Source of the DNA: Takakia lepidozioides
Lineage: Eukaryota > Plantae > Bryophyta
Direction of reading: 5' to 3'
DNA: 64,000 nucleotides
Assembly: GCA_030704615.1 (NCBI GenBank)
Contig: CM060733.1
Span: forward strand, 46,376,001 to 46,440,000
Made by a program: the position numbers and the translations under genes. Shown piece by piece: positions 23,600 through 37,100 of the stretch. Under the pieces are notes generated by a model. It ran no database searches. It worked only from the letters and a program-made list of their open reading frames with translations, and had not been told where the DNA came from. Position 1 is the stretch's first letter. Each line of letters opens with the position of its first letter.

Positions 23600-24540
23600 G
23601 TGATGCAAAGCTAACGACCTTACCTTTGAATTGCCGCAATTGCAACTAAACGGAACTTGTTGTTTCTTTCTGCAATCACATTTTTCTCAACCACTACCCA
23701 GTGGAATAGGACAACACTCCCAAGGGAGAAGGTATCTTGTGCAAGTTGTGGATAAACTCTTTTCATATTGTCCGGCTCTATACTGGTAATGTGAACTCCT
23801 AGGTAAGTCTTCTAATCGGTCAACTTATTAGATCACGAGGAAGCGCGCAAAATCAGAATAGTCATAGCCATTCCTCCATCAACGCGAAACCAATCCTCCA
23901 TTTCTTCCTTTGTTACTCTTTGGAAATGACGAATTCTAGTCATCCAATGATCCATCTCTTCCAAGGTAAACAACGGAGTAATATACATATACAAAGTTCA
24001 CGAGGCCATGGAGAAGCTTACAAAGGCAGAGAATTCTAAGCCATGGGTAGTTTGATTATCATCTAATGGTCTGACGTCAACGATGTAGATGGCACTAGGA
24101 TAGTGCGGATAATCCCCACCAAACAATAATGTAGGTTGAATTTCTCAACAATAGGAGATCTCTCATGAAGATATAACTTATATTATTGCCAATTTTTTGC
24201 ACCTTTTTGCTCCAGTCAATCTCTCAAAGTAAACCATATTGCCAACTTACGAGCGACCACATAGCTGAGGCACAAAGGTGGGACTTCCCAATCCCTGGTG
24301 TACCCATATATACAACTGATGTTAATATAGGATTGCATTAAAAATACTCCACTTTCGCCTCCAAAAGGCTTTGGTAGCAGGGTCTGAAGAATAATTGAAT
24401 GGAGAAACCATCACGTATTTCAAGCCAAGACATACCGGGCAGCATGCTGACAGAGTTGGGGACAATGTTGATAATTTCTGCTTTTACCTCGGGTGGTAAT
24501 AAACAACACAACTGAATCATGGAATTTGTGTCCATCAATT
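23600..24540 (-). pseudogene. Crinkler/RHS-like P-loop NTPase relic
   Basis: LFFRPCYQSLL...(stop)...VVYMGTPGIGKSH in one frame (Walker A). Downstream are AIYIVD, YITPLFTLEEM and WFRVDGGM, which match the pattern of CRN-type NTPase domains. Stops and frameshifts are present. Confidence 0.65.
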
Positions 24541-25561
24541 ATTGACATGCCAATAGCGTTGGCTTCCAGGGCAAAGTCCCTCTTATCTTTTTTTTTTTTT
24601 TTTAAAAAAAAAACGTTGGAAGACTTGTATAAAGCAAGGAACACACTAATGCAGTAAGTTAATGAACACTGCTTTATAGTTCACAGTTATAGACCGTAGT
24701 CATATTAATTTGTTTGTCGTGTATTCAAATTATATTTAATTTGATATGACAATTTATATATGATATTCATAAAATATATGATAAATATAAGAATATCCGA
24801 TAAATATTTAAAATATAATTTTATAATCTCAATCTTAGTGGATATAAAATAATAGTAGATGATATGTAACTTGATCGATCTAAAGAGACCTATGATTTGA
24901 GAAAAACTTGAGGTTGTAGAAAGTGAGAAAAACATGGATATTAATGCATCCTATACTAATGTTTTGGTGAGCAAGGAAACCAGTCTTGAGATCGATTCCC
25001 CAAGAGATCTTTCAACCAAAAATGCTAAGCACAAGAGAAAAATAAAAAGATAAAATGATTAAAATTAAACATTGTTGCACTGAAAATATATATAATTTAC
25101 TATCAAAATTAATAATGAATAATACTCCATATAAAAAACGATGGAATTGGCAAGACGTCGTTGCACCCTAGTTGTAATGGGCACATACCACTTGGGAAGT
25201 GGTTGTGGGTTCAATCCACTGAATAGTGCGTTGGGAGGTGACATATATGAATACATATTTTTGGGTTCATTCCCTTTTCCTTGACTACAAAATCATGGAT
25301 TCAGAATTCGAACAATATTTTATTGTGGTCCCAATGTAAAAAGCCAAACTCAGTTCTTACACATTATCGGTTCTTTTTTATTTTATTTTTCTTATCCGGC
25401 TAAACAAAATGGCATGCAAAAGGGACTCGATATCTCTTCCTACAACATTCAAGTTAGTGGGCTCCAAATATTGTTGATATCGGATATTATAAATAGTTCT
25501 TCGAATGCGTTGCTATTGAGCTTGTCAGTATTGTGGGTGAGATGCTCCAAGTTCCAAATTA

Positions 25562-25810
25562 ATGCATGAATATTTGCAAGATTGTTTCTCCCCCCATGAC
25601 TCAACCAATGGGTACTCCCAGCTTTTCCAAGTGTGCTCATATATTATCATTAATGATCGTATGATTCCTACTTATGTAGTAATGCGTCTTCTTGAAGCTG
25701 CATGGTTCTTAGCCATGTCCAAAAACATAGGAAGAATCCACCTATAGCTATTAGAGACATATTCTAGCGTCTTAGGAGTCAATTGTTATGCATTCATCTA
25801 CGCGATGTGT
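25562..25810 (+). pseudogene. Non-LTR retrotransposon (CRE/R2-like) RT N-terminal relic
   Basis: EYLQDCF..DSTNGYSQLFQVCS...LLEAAWFLAMSK..GRI / PIAIRDIF*RL resembles the 'LLAxxKPxGGIRPIAVGE' region of RLE-type elements. Confidence 0.55.
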
Positions 25811-26159
25811 TTTTTTTACCAATAATTTTCAAAGTGATTGGATATTTCATGAGTTTCTTGTCTTTGAGCAATTGATGATTTCCAATGAACAAGAACTCCA
25901 AGATCAAGCTCCATGCTCCTAAGAATGCTGCAGAGGCGCCGATTGCTCTAGGACGTAACGGGAATTAAGGGAGCTAGCCAGAAGTTTCTAACATGAAGTG
26001 CAGCAGTAAACGGACTCTCAGATTGTGTCTATGCAGCAAGGAAGTGCGCTAGGGGCAGCAAAGACGACGAGACAAAAAAGAACGACACACCGAGAACAAT
26101 TTAGGGAGTTACAAGTGTAGAGTGTAGAATGTATAAGCGTACATGTGTCATCAAGATAG

Positions 26160-26645
26160 AAGAGTTGAATATCTCTAAGCACTTAGCCCGCTCAGAACTA
26201 TCAGTCATGACCTGCAACTAGTGAATCATGGTTGTGCTTCCCTCACTTCTTCAATTTGGCCCTCCCATGTAGCTTGGTGGAATCCAACAGTAGCGGACTC
26301 TCGTGGTGGCACGACGATCTTTATAGCTCCAGCTTTAGAGAACTCCTTCCAGCTTGTGGATACTTGGGTTACTTGTAGGGTACAGTGTGCTTTCACATGT
26401 CCCCAGCCATCAAATGGGAGCCTGTGTCTTTATTAATATGTATGCCCCAAATGATGTGGCTGATCGCACTGACCTTTGGTGCAAACTCCGTGACAAAATC
26501 CTCTCTTTTCCTCTTGTTGATCACTGATTTTTGGTTGGAGATTTTAACATGGTCGAAAATCACTTTGATCGCTTAGGCTCGTCGGCGCATACCATGTCTC
26601 CCGCCGAAGCTTCTGCATGGAATTCTGTTTGTTTTTCAGTGGGGC
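26160..26645 (+). pseudogene. L1-type LINE APE endonuclease relic
   Basis: SRGGTTIFI, NMYAPND...DLW, FLVGDFNMVE; interrupted by the LTR at 26648. Confidence 0.7.
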
Positions 26646-26647
26646 TG

Positions 26648-26981
26648 TGTCGCGGCCCTTTGCCTTGAGGGCAGGGGGTCGGGACACAAGAGGGGCTGCC
26701 CCTGTGGTGGGGACAGTGGCAACAATAGGTATGGGGGCTGAAGCACCCAGAGGCACTCACTAGGTGGAGCCCCGCACACCGGGTTGCAGTAGGGGTGGTT
26801 CCACGAGGGGTAGCGGTAGCTTAGTGGGTCTTAGTGGGGGTGGCATAGGACTCACCATGGGGCGGAGACCTTGTGGTGGGAGTCGTGGGGAGTCTTGGGA
26901 CTCATCACGGTCCATTGGGGCCGTGGTGGGTGGACCAAGACTCACCGCGACTCATCACCGGGAGTCGAGGGTCTTCGTGGT
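26648..26981 (+). repeat. Diverged LTR of the chromovirus family, left part
   Basis: Homologous to the first half of the 14800-15528 LTR (to about 15165); continues at 38338 after the MULE insertion. Confidence 0.9.
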
Positions 26982-27125
26982 CAGGGATGCCTCGGCGTGA
27001 GCCTGGTCACGTGAGCGTGAGCGCGTGAGCGCGACTGCGCTCACGCCACGTCACCTTGCACAAATGCCACGTCACGGAGCTCAGTCCACGTCATCACACG
27101 TGGAGGCCGAGTCACCACGCACCCA
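26982..27125 (+). repeat. Left TIR/subterminal region rich in GCGTGAGC and GCCACGTCA motifs
   Basis: Reiterated GCGTGAGC/GCTCACGC and CCACGTCA, mirrored at 38140-38337. Confidence 0.8.
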
Positions 27126-27199
27126 GAAAGAAGTGGAGTGTATTCCCGCGGATTGGCACCCTTTACCACGGAAACAAGCTGGACGACATAATAAAAGGC

Positions 27200-27560
27200 A
27201 TTGAATAAATGATGGATGAATGTACAGTTGGATGATAAACAGATGGATGAGTTTGAAAAATCTATGTAGATGGATGAATGACGGATGGATAAGAGTAAAA
27301 TGGATGAATGTATAATGGATGTTGAGCAATGACAAAAATTCATGACAGGAAGATGCATGACCAAATCTTTTGACGAATGCACAAAGTATATGAAATGAGT
27401 GTGGAAGGTTTGTGGGGTGGATTAAAGAGTACAGAGGATGAATGTACAATGGATGTTGTACAAAGGAAGCTTTCATGAATGGAGCACGCATGAATACAGT
27501 GTAGATGAATGCACAATGGATATGAGAAGAGTCAGGAAGGTTTGTGAGATGGATTCATAC
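27200..27560 (+). repeat. Low-complexity (ATGG/GATGA)n-like tract
   Basis: Repeated ATGGATGAAT variants. Confidence 0.6.
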
Positions 27561-27959
27561 ATATAGCAATTTAAACGAAAGTTGATTCTGTGATTATTAT
27601 TTGTTCTAAAGGAACAACTACGGTAGAGTAAGGGGATTCAACGTTTTCCAGATAATATGAAAATGAATATTAAAAGAATACAGTTCAGTCTGACTCAGAG
27701 TCAGTACAATGTATCCCCTCGTCCTCTGCATCTAAGTCTAAGTATTTTAGAACACCGGATCCACGCTGGATACACCTACGGCTGGCCACTAAAAAGTCAG
27801 GGGATAGGGACTCGGACGCGTGAAGTGCCATTGCTTCGGCATAAACAGGGAGCAAAAAATTGGAAAGGGGGCTGTCGAAAACAGACTCGCCAGAAATGAC
27901 TGTATCTCCTGAAGATCCACCGCTGGCTTTCCTGAAAGACAGCCTGAAAAAGTTATTAC

Positions 27960-30900
27960 TGTAACTTTGATGTTATCGAGAAATTGAGTATGACTCCCAA
28001 AGAGGGTTTAGCACTTACTCACATGAAAAGTCGTTGTCGACCTGCTTATCTTCGGGATCGTCATCATTTCGAATATGAATCCGATCAGTCTGTGTGCCTG
28101 AAGTGGAGCCAGACAAAAGGGGGAGGAGCACTGTGTTGTAGAGGTCAGAATCACCCTCCATACCAAAAAGGCTTCTTCCGCCTGCCTTGCATGCGTGGTA
28201 AGTTGCTCCTGCACCAGACAGGAGAACATAAGCAGTTTGGAGGAGGGGATTTAAGCAGATGAAACTGTTGAAAGGAAACCAATTCGGAAGGGAGAAAACG
28301 AACCTGTGGACACAGAAAGATCGACCACCCGTGCAGAGCGGTGGCTGCATGACTCCAGCAGTATTTGCATGAATGCTGGTGACTTTTCCTTTGCACCTCT
28401 CCAGGGAGTGCCATCTGGTCTCTTCAGAGTCTGACTGGACTGCATGAAGTTGTACAAAATGTCATCGACATGGGGCTCATAGGGGGGTTGACGAAACAAC
28501 CCTGGTCAGAAATCTCAAAGCTGCGGATGGAGGATGGTGTCTTTGATGTGCGAATCCTCCGCAGGCAGATCGCCTCGAACATCCTCGTCTGCCAAAGATA
28601 GCAGGTTAGTGTGGTAAACACAATCTAAAGTGGAAGTGTGTACATCGGCTATTCAGAACTCTGACACCAAAAAACCATGAATCGTTGATGATCGGTGTCG
28701 ATCATAAAACATTCTACTAGAGTGGAGCTGCAGAGAAAATTGAAACTCATGATCAAAGCATAAGCAGAAGGCAGACGGCATACCAGCTGACCAGGGAAAC
28801 CCCCTTTCACAAGGTAGAGGCTGTTCACACAATTCCATGTGCGCAAAACTTCAAACCCTGAAGACTTGAGGTATGATGCCAATGCCCGACGACTATCATT
28901 GTCACATGACTGAAAAAGCAGAAGTGTCCCTGCATCAGAGAGGAAATTGTTACAGAACCCGAATACCCAACTCCAGTAGTTGTCCTCGAATTTGTTCCAC
29001 CCTGGCGTCTTGCCCTTTGGAAGAACTTCTGGCACAGCCTGGCCATCCGGGATGTCGAGAATGACAATGTCGGCCGCATAAGTTTTCTGCACACCGCACA
29101 CGAAGGTGGGACCTGTGCTCACCTGCAACAGACATGTTTTTTATAAGAACGATGGCAAGAATGTTTTCAAAGAACGAGACTGAAATACTGCCAACGAAAC
29201 ATTCAGAGAAAAAGGAAAGAAAGTGGAATTCTCACCAGATTGAGGAATGAGATTATATTGTCCCAGGTAGGGGATGGCACCCCAGTGTATCCTCTCTTTC
29301 GACTCTGCATCATCGAAAGCCAACCCTCATTAACAATTTTCATCTCTCCTGCTGAATCAGAACGGGAAGGGTGTGGCTTGGCATCGAACACGCACTGAAG
29401 AGTGTGGGTATATCTTCCAGCACTAAAGTCCTGCCCACTCTCCATCTCCTTTTCATTCTCCTTCCCCTTGTCCTTTTCCTTCTCTTTGGACTTGTCTTTG
29501 TCCTTTGGCTTTGCTGGTGAGATGGCTATGACATCAACAGCCTTGTCTTTTGGTTTGCGGCCCGCCTTCTTTCCCTTCTGCGGCGTTCCCTGAGCATCAG
29601 GCTCCTTGGCAGCCAAGGTTGCTATGTTTCGTTGATACTCTTCGTCAGTCAAAGGCGCCAGGATCTCAGCGTTATTGTTCAAGTATTTCATATGCTGTTC
29701 TTGAAAGGTCGTGTGCTCAGGTGGGCAGTCAAGGTACCACCCACAGTCTCTGAAGTGAGAAGGACTCCAGTCCTTCAATATCCCTGCAGTATACATGGTT
29801 GGATCGTTTGCAGGGTCCGACCACATGTCAAGATAGTCGGGAATTCCGCTCAGGTGATTTCCTTCCATAAGCACATATTTCGTGTACCTGAAAAAAGGAG
29901 ATGAATCCCAACCCACAAAAGCGCTCAGTGAGTAAGATGCAAGTAGAACAGAAAGAATAAAACATGGATTGAAATGGCTCTGACAACTGCTCCAAGGACC
30001 TTTCAGGACCACACTACTGCTCCAGATATGAATGTCGTCAACGCCATTCAGAACATTCCATTCCATGACACTGTAAATACATCATAATCCAGGTGAATGC
30101 AAATAAGCGATTAGAAATGACACAGACATAGAAGTGAATGTCGTCAACGACATTCAAGAATGAAGCCAAATTATTATTGAAATGAAGCAAAATCACAGGA
30201 TGGAAATAAAAAAATTGAGTAAGGAACCATCCAGGAAAACTCAATGCACATTCATAACGAACCTATCACTGAGGACCTCACAACATCACTGTATGTGAAT
30301 GGCGTCAACGCCATTCACAAAAATACAAAAAAGAAACCAATTACTTAGCTCCCCAATCCATGAAAATTGAATTTGTCGTTTTTGAATAATACAGACACAG
30401 CTGTGAATGTCGTCAACGACATTCACTTTGGATTTCTTAAAACAGAGCTTATCAAGCCTCCATATTCATCGCAAGAGGAAAAAACAATGCAGAACAACTG
30501 AATGTCTGCATTGACATTCAGCAAAATGAAGTGATCAACCCTCATTGTAACCTCTATGGACATTACAAAAATTTAAATAACCTTGAGGACCACACAACAA
30601 CTCCGTATGTGAATGTCGTCAACGCCATTCAAGGACATTATCAATTCTAATCAGGGACAATATAATTGCACCCTTAGATCCTAACCAGGTGAATTCATAT
30701 ACTCGCTTAAGAATGACTCAGACAAAGAAGTGAATGTCGTCAACGACATTCAATCTGGATCTAAGATTGCAATCCATATGAAGCCACAATTTTCCCAAAA
30801 AAACAGTAGAGTTTCAAGTATGACATTTCACCTGTACACAACTCGCATCATGGCCCACTCTCCTCCAACCTGACTGTCAAAGTCGTTGGACCGTAAAATG

Positions 30901-33417
30901 TTACCATCTTTGGAGAACTCCCGGAAAAAACAGTATCTCCAGGTGAGACCTCTCCACTTCCTTATGTATGCCTCCAATGACATTTGGGGAGGGGAAACAA
31001 TCGCAATGTTCAGGTCCTTCAAAGTCTGATCCAGCACAATGACGGCGCGCTTTTCGAGCTGCAAATAGTATATTTGTCAGAATTGCAAAAAAGAAACACA
31101 TCACATACTTGAAGAGAAGAAACAGCATGTTCGAATACACACCTGACTCCAAAATGTAGCCTTGTGGAGCCAGTTATCAAACACCAAATCACTGATTCCT
31201 TCCACCTTTGTGCCAGGCTGTATGGTGCTCTTTGGGAACTGATTCAAGTCCTTTACTGTTTGATCTGAGTTCCATATCTCCAGCCACTTATTTTTGTTTG
31301 TGGGTCGACCATCGATATGGCCAGCCGGTGCAATTTCTCCTGCTGCATCTCCGGATGCACATGCTTGTCATAGTGTGTTTTGATCTGCTGAAGGAACTCA
31401 GGACCAAGTCCAGGATCTACTATTCTAAGCTGCTTTCCGAAGGCTGACATCAATTTGGTTCTTCGCATCTCAAACTCCTTGTTTATTGCAGCTTCCACAC
31501 CCTTTGATGTCCTTAGTTCCTCTGGTGTAGTGCGGTAATATTCGGATTTTCCCTTCTCAGCTGCCTCTGCCAGTTCTTGCTGCATTCATTCAAGTAGTGA
31601 TTAGCTCCGAAGGGACTCTAAACATGTATTCGAAAAGTAAACAGATTACAGACTCGGGCTTACCGCATACATGTACTCCAGAAACGCCTCTCGTGTCAAA
31701 GAATACCAAGTGCCTGCAGCTCTTCCTGTTTCGCACTTCTTGATGATATTGGGTGGTAGTACTGTCCGAAAATCATCCAGCTTCATCAGACCAATCCTCT
31801 GAATTCGGAATAGTGTGTGAACCAAGCTTGTTGTCACATGCGATTTCTCTGTCGATCTGCAAAAACATTGAAAACATTGCATTCCTTAACACTGTTTTTT
31901 GAGGATCAACAAGACACTACAGAGGGAATCAAATCTCCTGGATGACTTACTTGTTCACGTCGTGCATAGCTGTAAGAAGCCTAGCGATGTCGTTTCCTGG
32001 ATCCAAAACCATTGCCTCCACAGCAACATGCTTGTCTTTGTCTTTCGAATGGTGTTTCTGAATGTATCCCATCCATGCCAGCAATCGGTGGTTGCCGTCC
32101 CAGACGTAGAACATGTGGTTGCAAAATTGCTGGGTGTTCTTTCCCATCATGAGGCCCAGCTCGAACTCCTCATTGGCATCTTTCCAGCACTCATCCCAGT
32201 TATCACTGATCTCTGGAGAAACTAATGTGCTTTTCCCATTTATATCCGTCAGTGACACATAAAAAACTTGTGCACCAAGTCTATATCCATGCACAAAATC
32301 ACTCTCCAATTTTGTTATGTCATGGGAAAGAGGTGGACGCACAACAGGCATTGATATCATCCGGCACAGAGGTATGTCCAGACGCCCTCCAGATACGAGC
32401 ATGTCCCTTATAACCTCCTGAGAGTTTACCTTCTGGAATGACATGAGTTCTTTCACCTTGTCAAGGTAGTGCACTTCGGATTCATCTGCTTCATCTGTAT
32501 TCTCTGAGCTTTTTGCGGACTCGTCCCCATCTCCAGATCCTTTCCCCTCTGATCCTGTAGGCTTCGACCTCACAGTTTTCTGCACGATGCCATTCAGTTC
32601 TGACTAAGTGATTTGCAAATAGTGAATGGCGGTAACGACAATCACTCTGTATCAAGGAAACTCACCATGAATGGTGTGAAAGAATTCAGCACAATCTACA
32701 CATGCAAAGCCGAGACTGCCGTATTCAAAACAAAAGTGAGAGCGATAGCGAACGGCGTTAACGACAATCACAAAAGATAACAACCTGCCGGATCGGTGTT
32801 GTGTAATGACATATATGTGCAACTGATTGGCGGCAACGACATTCAGTGTAGTTTAGGGAGAATAGTAAGTGCAGACTCTCTCTTCAAACACATAGGTACA
32901 TAAATCTCATGAGCAGAATCGAATGGCGTTAACGACGCTCGCGATTCAGTAGTTCCTGCTAAAGAATGGAAGAGGAAGGACTCCTTGAAAGGCAATCACA
33001 CAGACTATATGATAAAACTTACTGGCACCTTCTTAGGTTTTGAAATTTGATCCCCTTCTGCAGCTTTCCTCTTCCCTCTCACATCTGCTGGAGTTTCTGT
33101 CTGCGCAAGGGTTTCTTGACCTTCTTCAGGTTCGGCGTTCCGCGTGCTTCCACCTTCTTCAGTGTCCCTGCGATTCATCTCTGCCTCCACAGGCTGGCGC
33201 ACTCTTATCGCCGACTGTGTCGCAGCCGCTGCCCAGTCTCCGTCTGCTCTTGTGAATCAGTCTCCGCGTTCACCTGCTGCCTTGGCCCTGTGTTCTCCAA
33301 CAAACGACGCCTCGTCATTTTCTCTCTTGCTCTGCGTCTCTCTCTAAGGGAAGTAAAATAAAGAGACTTTCTTCTCTTTCGTATTCTAGAAGGAACCCTC
33401 TCCAGCTTGACTACCAC
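27960..33417 (-). CDS. Multi-exon accessory gene: basic/acidic N-terminus, ParB/Srx-like domain, helical middle, beta-class N6/N4 DNA methyltransferase-like C-terminus
   Basis: About 9 GT-AG exons, collinear with those at 46461-52960. RPPL..DITKLESDFVHGY...YVWDGNHRLLAW (31950-32400). DIVILDIPDG, FLSDAGTLLLF, GFEVLRTWNCVN, WRGAKEKSPAFMQILLESCS, VVDLSVSTG, YHACKAGGRSLFGMEGD (28100-29100). A few frameshifts; 3' end uncertain. Confidence 0.75.
30029..30752. repeat. Intronic array of 7 palindromes TGAATGTCGTCAACGACATTCA
   Basis: Copies start at 30029, 30135, 30296, 30404, 30499 (degenerate core), 30610 and 30731. Confidence 0.92.
32623..32941. repeat. Second intronic cluster of 4 degenerate copies of the same palindrome
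   Basis: TGAATGGCGGTAACGACAATCA (32623), CGAACGGCGTTAACGACAATCA (32749), TGATTGGCGGCAACGACATTCA (32824), CGAATGGCGTTAACGACGCTCG (32920). Confidence 0.82.
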
Positions 33418-34173
33418 TCTCCCTCTAAGCGCGAAAAGTAGAAAAACGCAGTGACTCTCGATTTCTTGCGGGATTGCCTGTGTTCTTGCGTGTCTCTAGA
33501 AGCATCGGATTCCCTCCCGCGTGACCGTTACACATAGTCGTTTCGTTATTAGTGCACATGCCAGCAATTGGTGTACAGCTGTTCGTATTCAGTTATGGAT
33601 GTCTGACGTGTGCCGCCCAAAACAAAACGGCGTGTTCTAAATTATAACTGGTTCAATATTTAAAAAGAACAGCGAATCCCAGAAATTGATGCGCAGTCTT
33701 AAACAAATAAATATAAATGAACGAGAGTTTGATGACAAATTTTGGAATATCATACACGGTCATCCTTGTTATCCAAACCCCACATTCGTTGCACATTTGG
33801 AACTTTCCAGGTGCGCATGATCATTGGTAGTAGTATATAGATACATTTACTTAATCTGCAATCCCATTCTCGGATCCTGTGGCATGCTTCCAGGAAGTCG
33901 GCTTTGTTATTGGGTTTATTGATGAGGTTCTGATTAACGGTTTAACAGTTGCCGACACTGCCCCTATGGATTCTCTGACCACTGGGCCCACAAGAAAAGT
34001 AATTAAAATGGACGGCTGCATATCTGGAATGAATAACAGAATATGCACAGTCGTTATCTGAGCTTCCTCCGCCATATGCTCTGCTCATTCTTCAACTGTG
34101 TTCTGGAGACAGCAGTAAACCGATTTACACTAGATCTGCGATAGCAAGGTACAAACATACTCGAGGAAGGAAG

Positions 34174-37100
34174 ATGGCTTCCTCTGAAGCGGAGTTCTTC
34201 TCAGACGACAAACCAGTGCCGTTCTCCCAGGAAGTCCTTGACAATGGATTTGCAATTGTTCTGGAACATGTCTTGGCTACCCGTTTTCAGCTGCAGAATG
34301 GCTCCATCTTTTTGGAGAAAGAGGTTTACGATCTGAAAGGGAAGTTGGTGAAATATTCTTTCCAAAACCGTGATGAGACGGCTCATATCAGCCAGTGGAG
34401 AGTGCGTCCTGGTCGATACAGAGTACTTGGAGAGCCTCGGCGAAAGTCCCTTGGGTCATATGTGACGCCCGGGACTGCTGCTTCGGTCGTTGAAGACAAG
34501 AGGGAGGTGGTGGTGAAAAAAGAACAGACTTCCTCCACTCCAATCGTTGAGCTTTCGGATTCTTCCGATGATGACATAAGTGAAATTCCAAATCCAGTCC
34601 TTCCTACTGTGGTTGCAGAAGCTGATGAAGAAGAGATTCGTAGTGTCATTCCAAAATTGCGGGCGATGGGAGGAATGGCTGGATTCAAAAGTGAGTTGCG
34701 GGGAATTGATTGGAATCTTTGAAGCAGGTGCCTGTGAAGTTCTTGCCGGAGACTTTTGATGGCGATATCCTATTCGAGCTGCCTCCTCCTCCGCGAGTTG
34801 GAGGTGTAACAATCATGATGCATGGAATGGACAAGAAACACGACGGGCACCCGTGGTGCAGAACAAAAACATCCAATATTCAGAATGATGACAAGCTTGT
34901 TTTCAGGAGGACAGTTTGCAATGGACACCTTAGGTGTGATAATTTGAATTGCAGACACTTTCTTCAGTCTGGAGTTCATAATCAAAGCGAATGGGAGGGT
35001 CTGGCGGAGAATCCATTTCAGCCTGGGACTGCCCCTCCACCGGCAAACACTTTCGTCTGCAAATTCTGCAAACTTGTGCCATCCTGCTTGGCGCTCTGCG
35101 GAGCAAGAATGTACTATGTTGTCCACCGTTTGAATACAATGACGAGAGCTTGTGTGCATTTTGGATTCCATAACCATCCTGTCTCGAAGGGGGATTACAG
35201 GGAGAGTGTTGAGACAGTATCGAGGTTGATCAAACAGGAGTTCGGGAGAAACCCATCCGCAACAACATCTGCAATTGCTCTTGGCGCAAGCAAGTCCTTC
35301 TTGGAAAGCCATATTTTGAGTGAAGGAGATTCTGTGGGGACTAAACTTGACGGTGCAGCATTGGACCTGGTCATGGATCATTTCTCCACTTTAAGTTCAC
35401 CTAACATTCGGCATCAGATCAATGCATTGAGAATGGGCTCTGGGATCAGAGGCTACATAGACAATATTTTGGAATTGAAACGACTGAGCAAGTACGATTA
35501 CATCCAGGACAATGTATTCCCAGGTCAAGGTGCCATCAAAGTTTTTCTTTTCAAAATGTCGACTGTTGGGGAGGGCAGTGGGGTTAGCCTCGTGAAGCGG
35601 ATGCAAAACTGGGGACTTGCAGAACTGTTTTCTTATGTTTGATCATGTGAAACGAGTGAAGGATTGGACAACAATGGCTTGTCATGTCTACGATCCAGTG
35701 TACCAACGAGTTATGACAATTGCAGTTTGTGACATGCAATCCGAGGATACGGAATCCCAGAAGCTCATGTGGAATTCCCTGATACGTGTCATGGGCTGCC
35801 ATGGGCTGCCATCTCCAAATTTCGCAGGTTTCATGGCGGATAGTGCTCAAGCAAATTTCAATGCTATTCGTATTGTCTTCGGATCGGGCGACCCAAAAGT
35901 GCCTATGCCAGGAAGAGAGCGTACATGTCTATTCCATTGGACACAATCTCTGGAAAAACATACAAAGTCGGACATCAAACCAGAGATGCAGACTCAGCAC
36001 CGTAAATTGTGCAAAGAGTACAAAGATGCTAGAACAATGAAGGAGGCGGACACTTTGTTCCAGACAATTCGTGCCTGGTGGTTCTCTTCTGGAGCTGCAT
36101 CACTTGAGAGTATGAGAGCATTGGAAGATTGGCTGGCGTTTTGGCACTTCCGGTATAGACAGTGGGGAGCAGCCATGACAATGGTACGAGGCTTCTATTT
36201 CATGCTTTATTCATACATTTGCTTTCCATATTTTTGACTCATTGCTTTCTTTATGTTGTTTCCTGTGCACTATTCTGAAGTGTGGTTATCCTCTTTGCAG
36301 AACATGTCCATTGAGGAAATAGGCAGACATGCCATCTTGCAATTTGGCAGAAACTGTGCACAATGCATGGTTGCAGCAGTCTGGGAAACGAGGTCGGGAT
36401 TTGTATGTGGCAACAACAGATGATTTGATACGTGCCTTGCAACAACAAACCCGATACCGTGATTTCTTACGAGGTGGGGTTGGTGGCAAGGGTCCGGACA
36501 AATCGGAGTTGATGTTGCGTGCTGCAAACAGATCTGGGGATCCAATCAAGATAGCACGGGCGGTGAGCATGTATGCCCAGGGAACGCCACTTGTTTCTAG
36601 AGTTCCACATCTTGAAGGGGAGGAGAGATTCGGCTCCTGTAAGAGGAAATTGAACACTCCACCTGGTTCGGATTCAGATTCCCACAGGGCAGACCGTGAT
36701 AACTTCTCGAAGCCTCGTGTTCCCCTGCATGACAGCTCCGTGTCCGGAACCTCCATTGTGGAGGAACCTCCAACACGACGGCAAGCTCCAGCATCAAACC
36801 GTGCCACTGAAATGGTGCAGGAGAGAAACAACCCCCTTGATGTGCTTGAGTCCGCATGCCCCGACCACGTTTGGCACATAGAACACACAAGTGTCGGGTC
36901 TCGTGTGAAATGTACAGCGATCAGGGCAACTAATTTCGAGAAGTGCACTTCATCTATATCCAGAGGTGGTGCCCGAACTCCTGCTCCGACTTTCACGGGC
37001 TTGATGCGTCCATACGGTCAACCAGAAGCCAAGAACCACAAGTTCTGGTTCTGCGCAGATGATTGTGCCAGATGTGTGCATGGAACTGTGCGTCCTTCCG

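Noticed and set aside
30029-30752. CRISPR array with unique spacers
   Set aside because: The spacers vary in length (about 75-140 bp) and show residual similarity to each other, which indicates a decayed tandem repeat.
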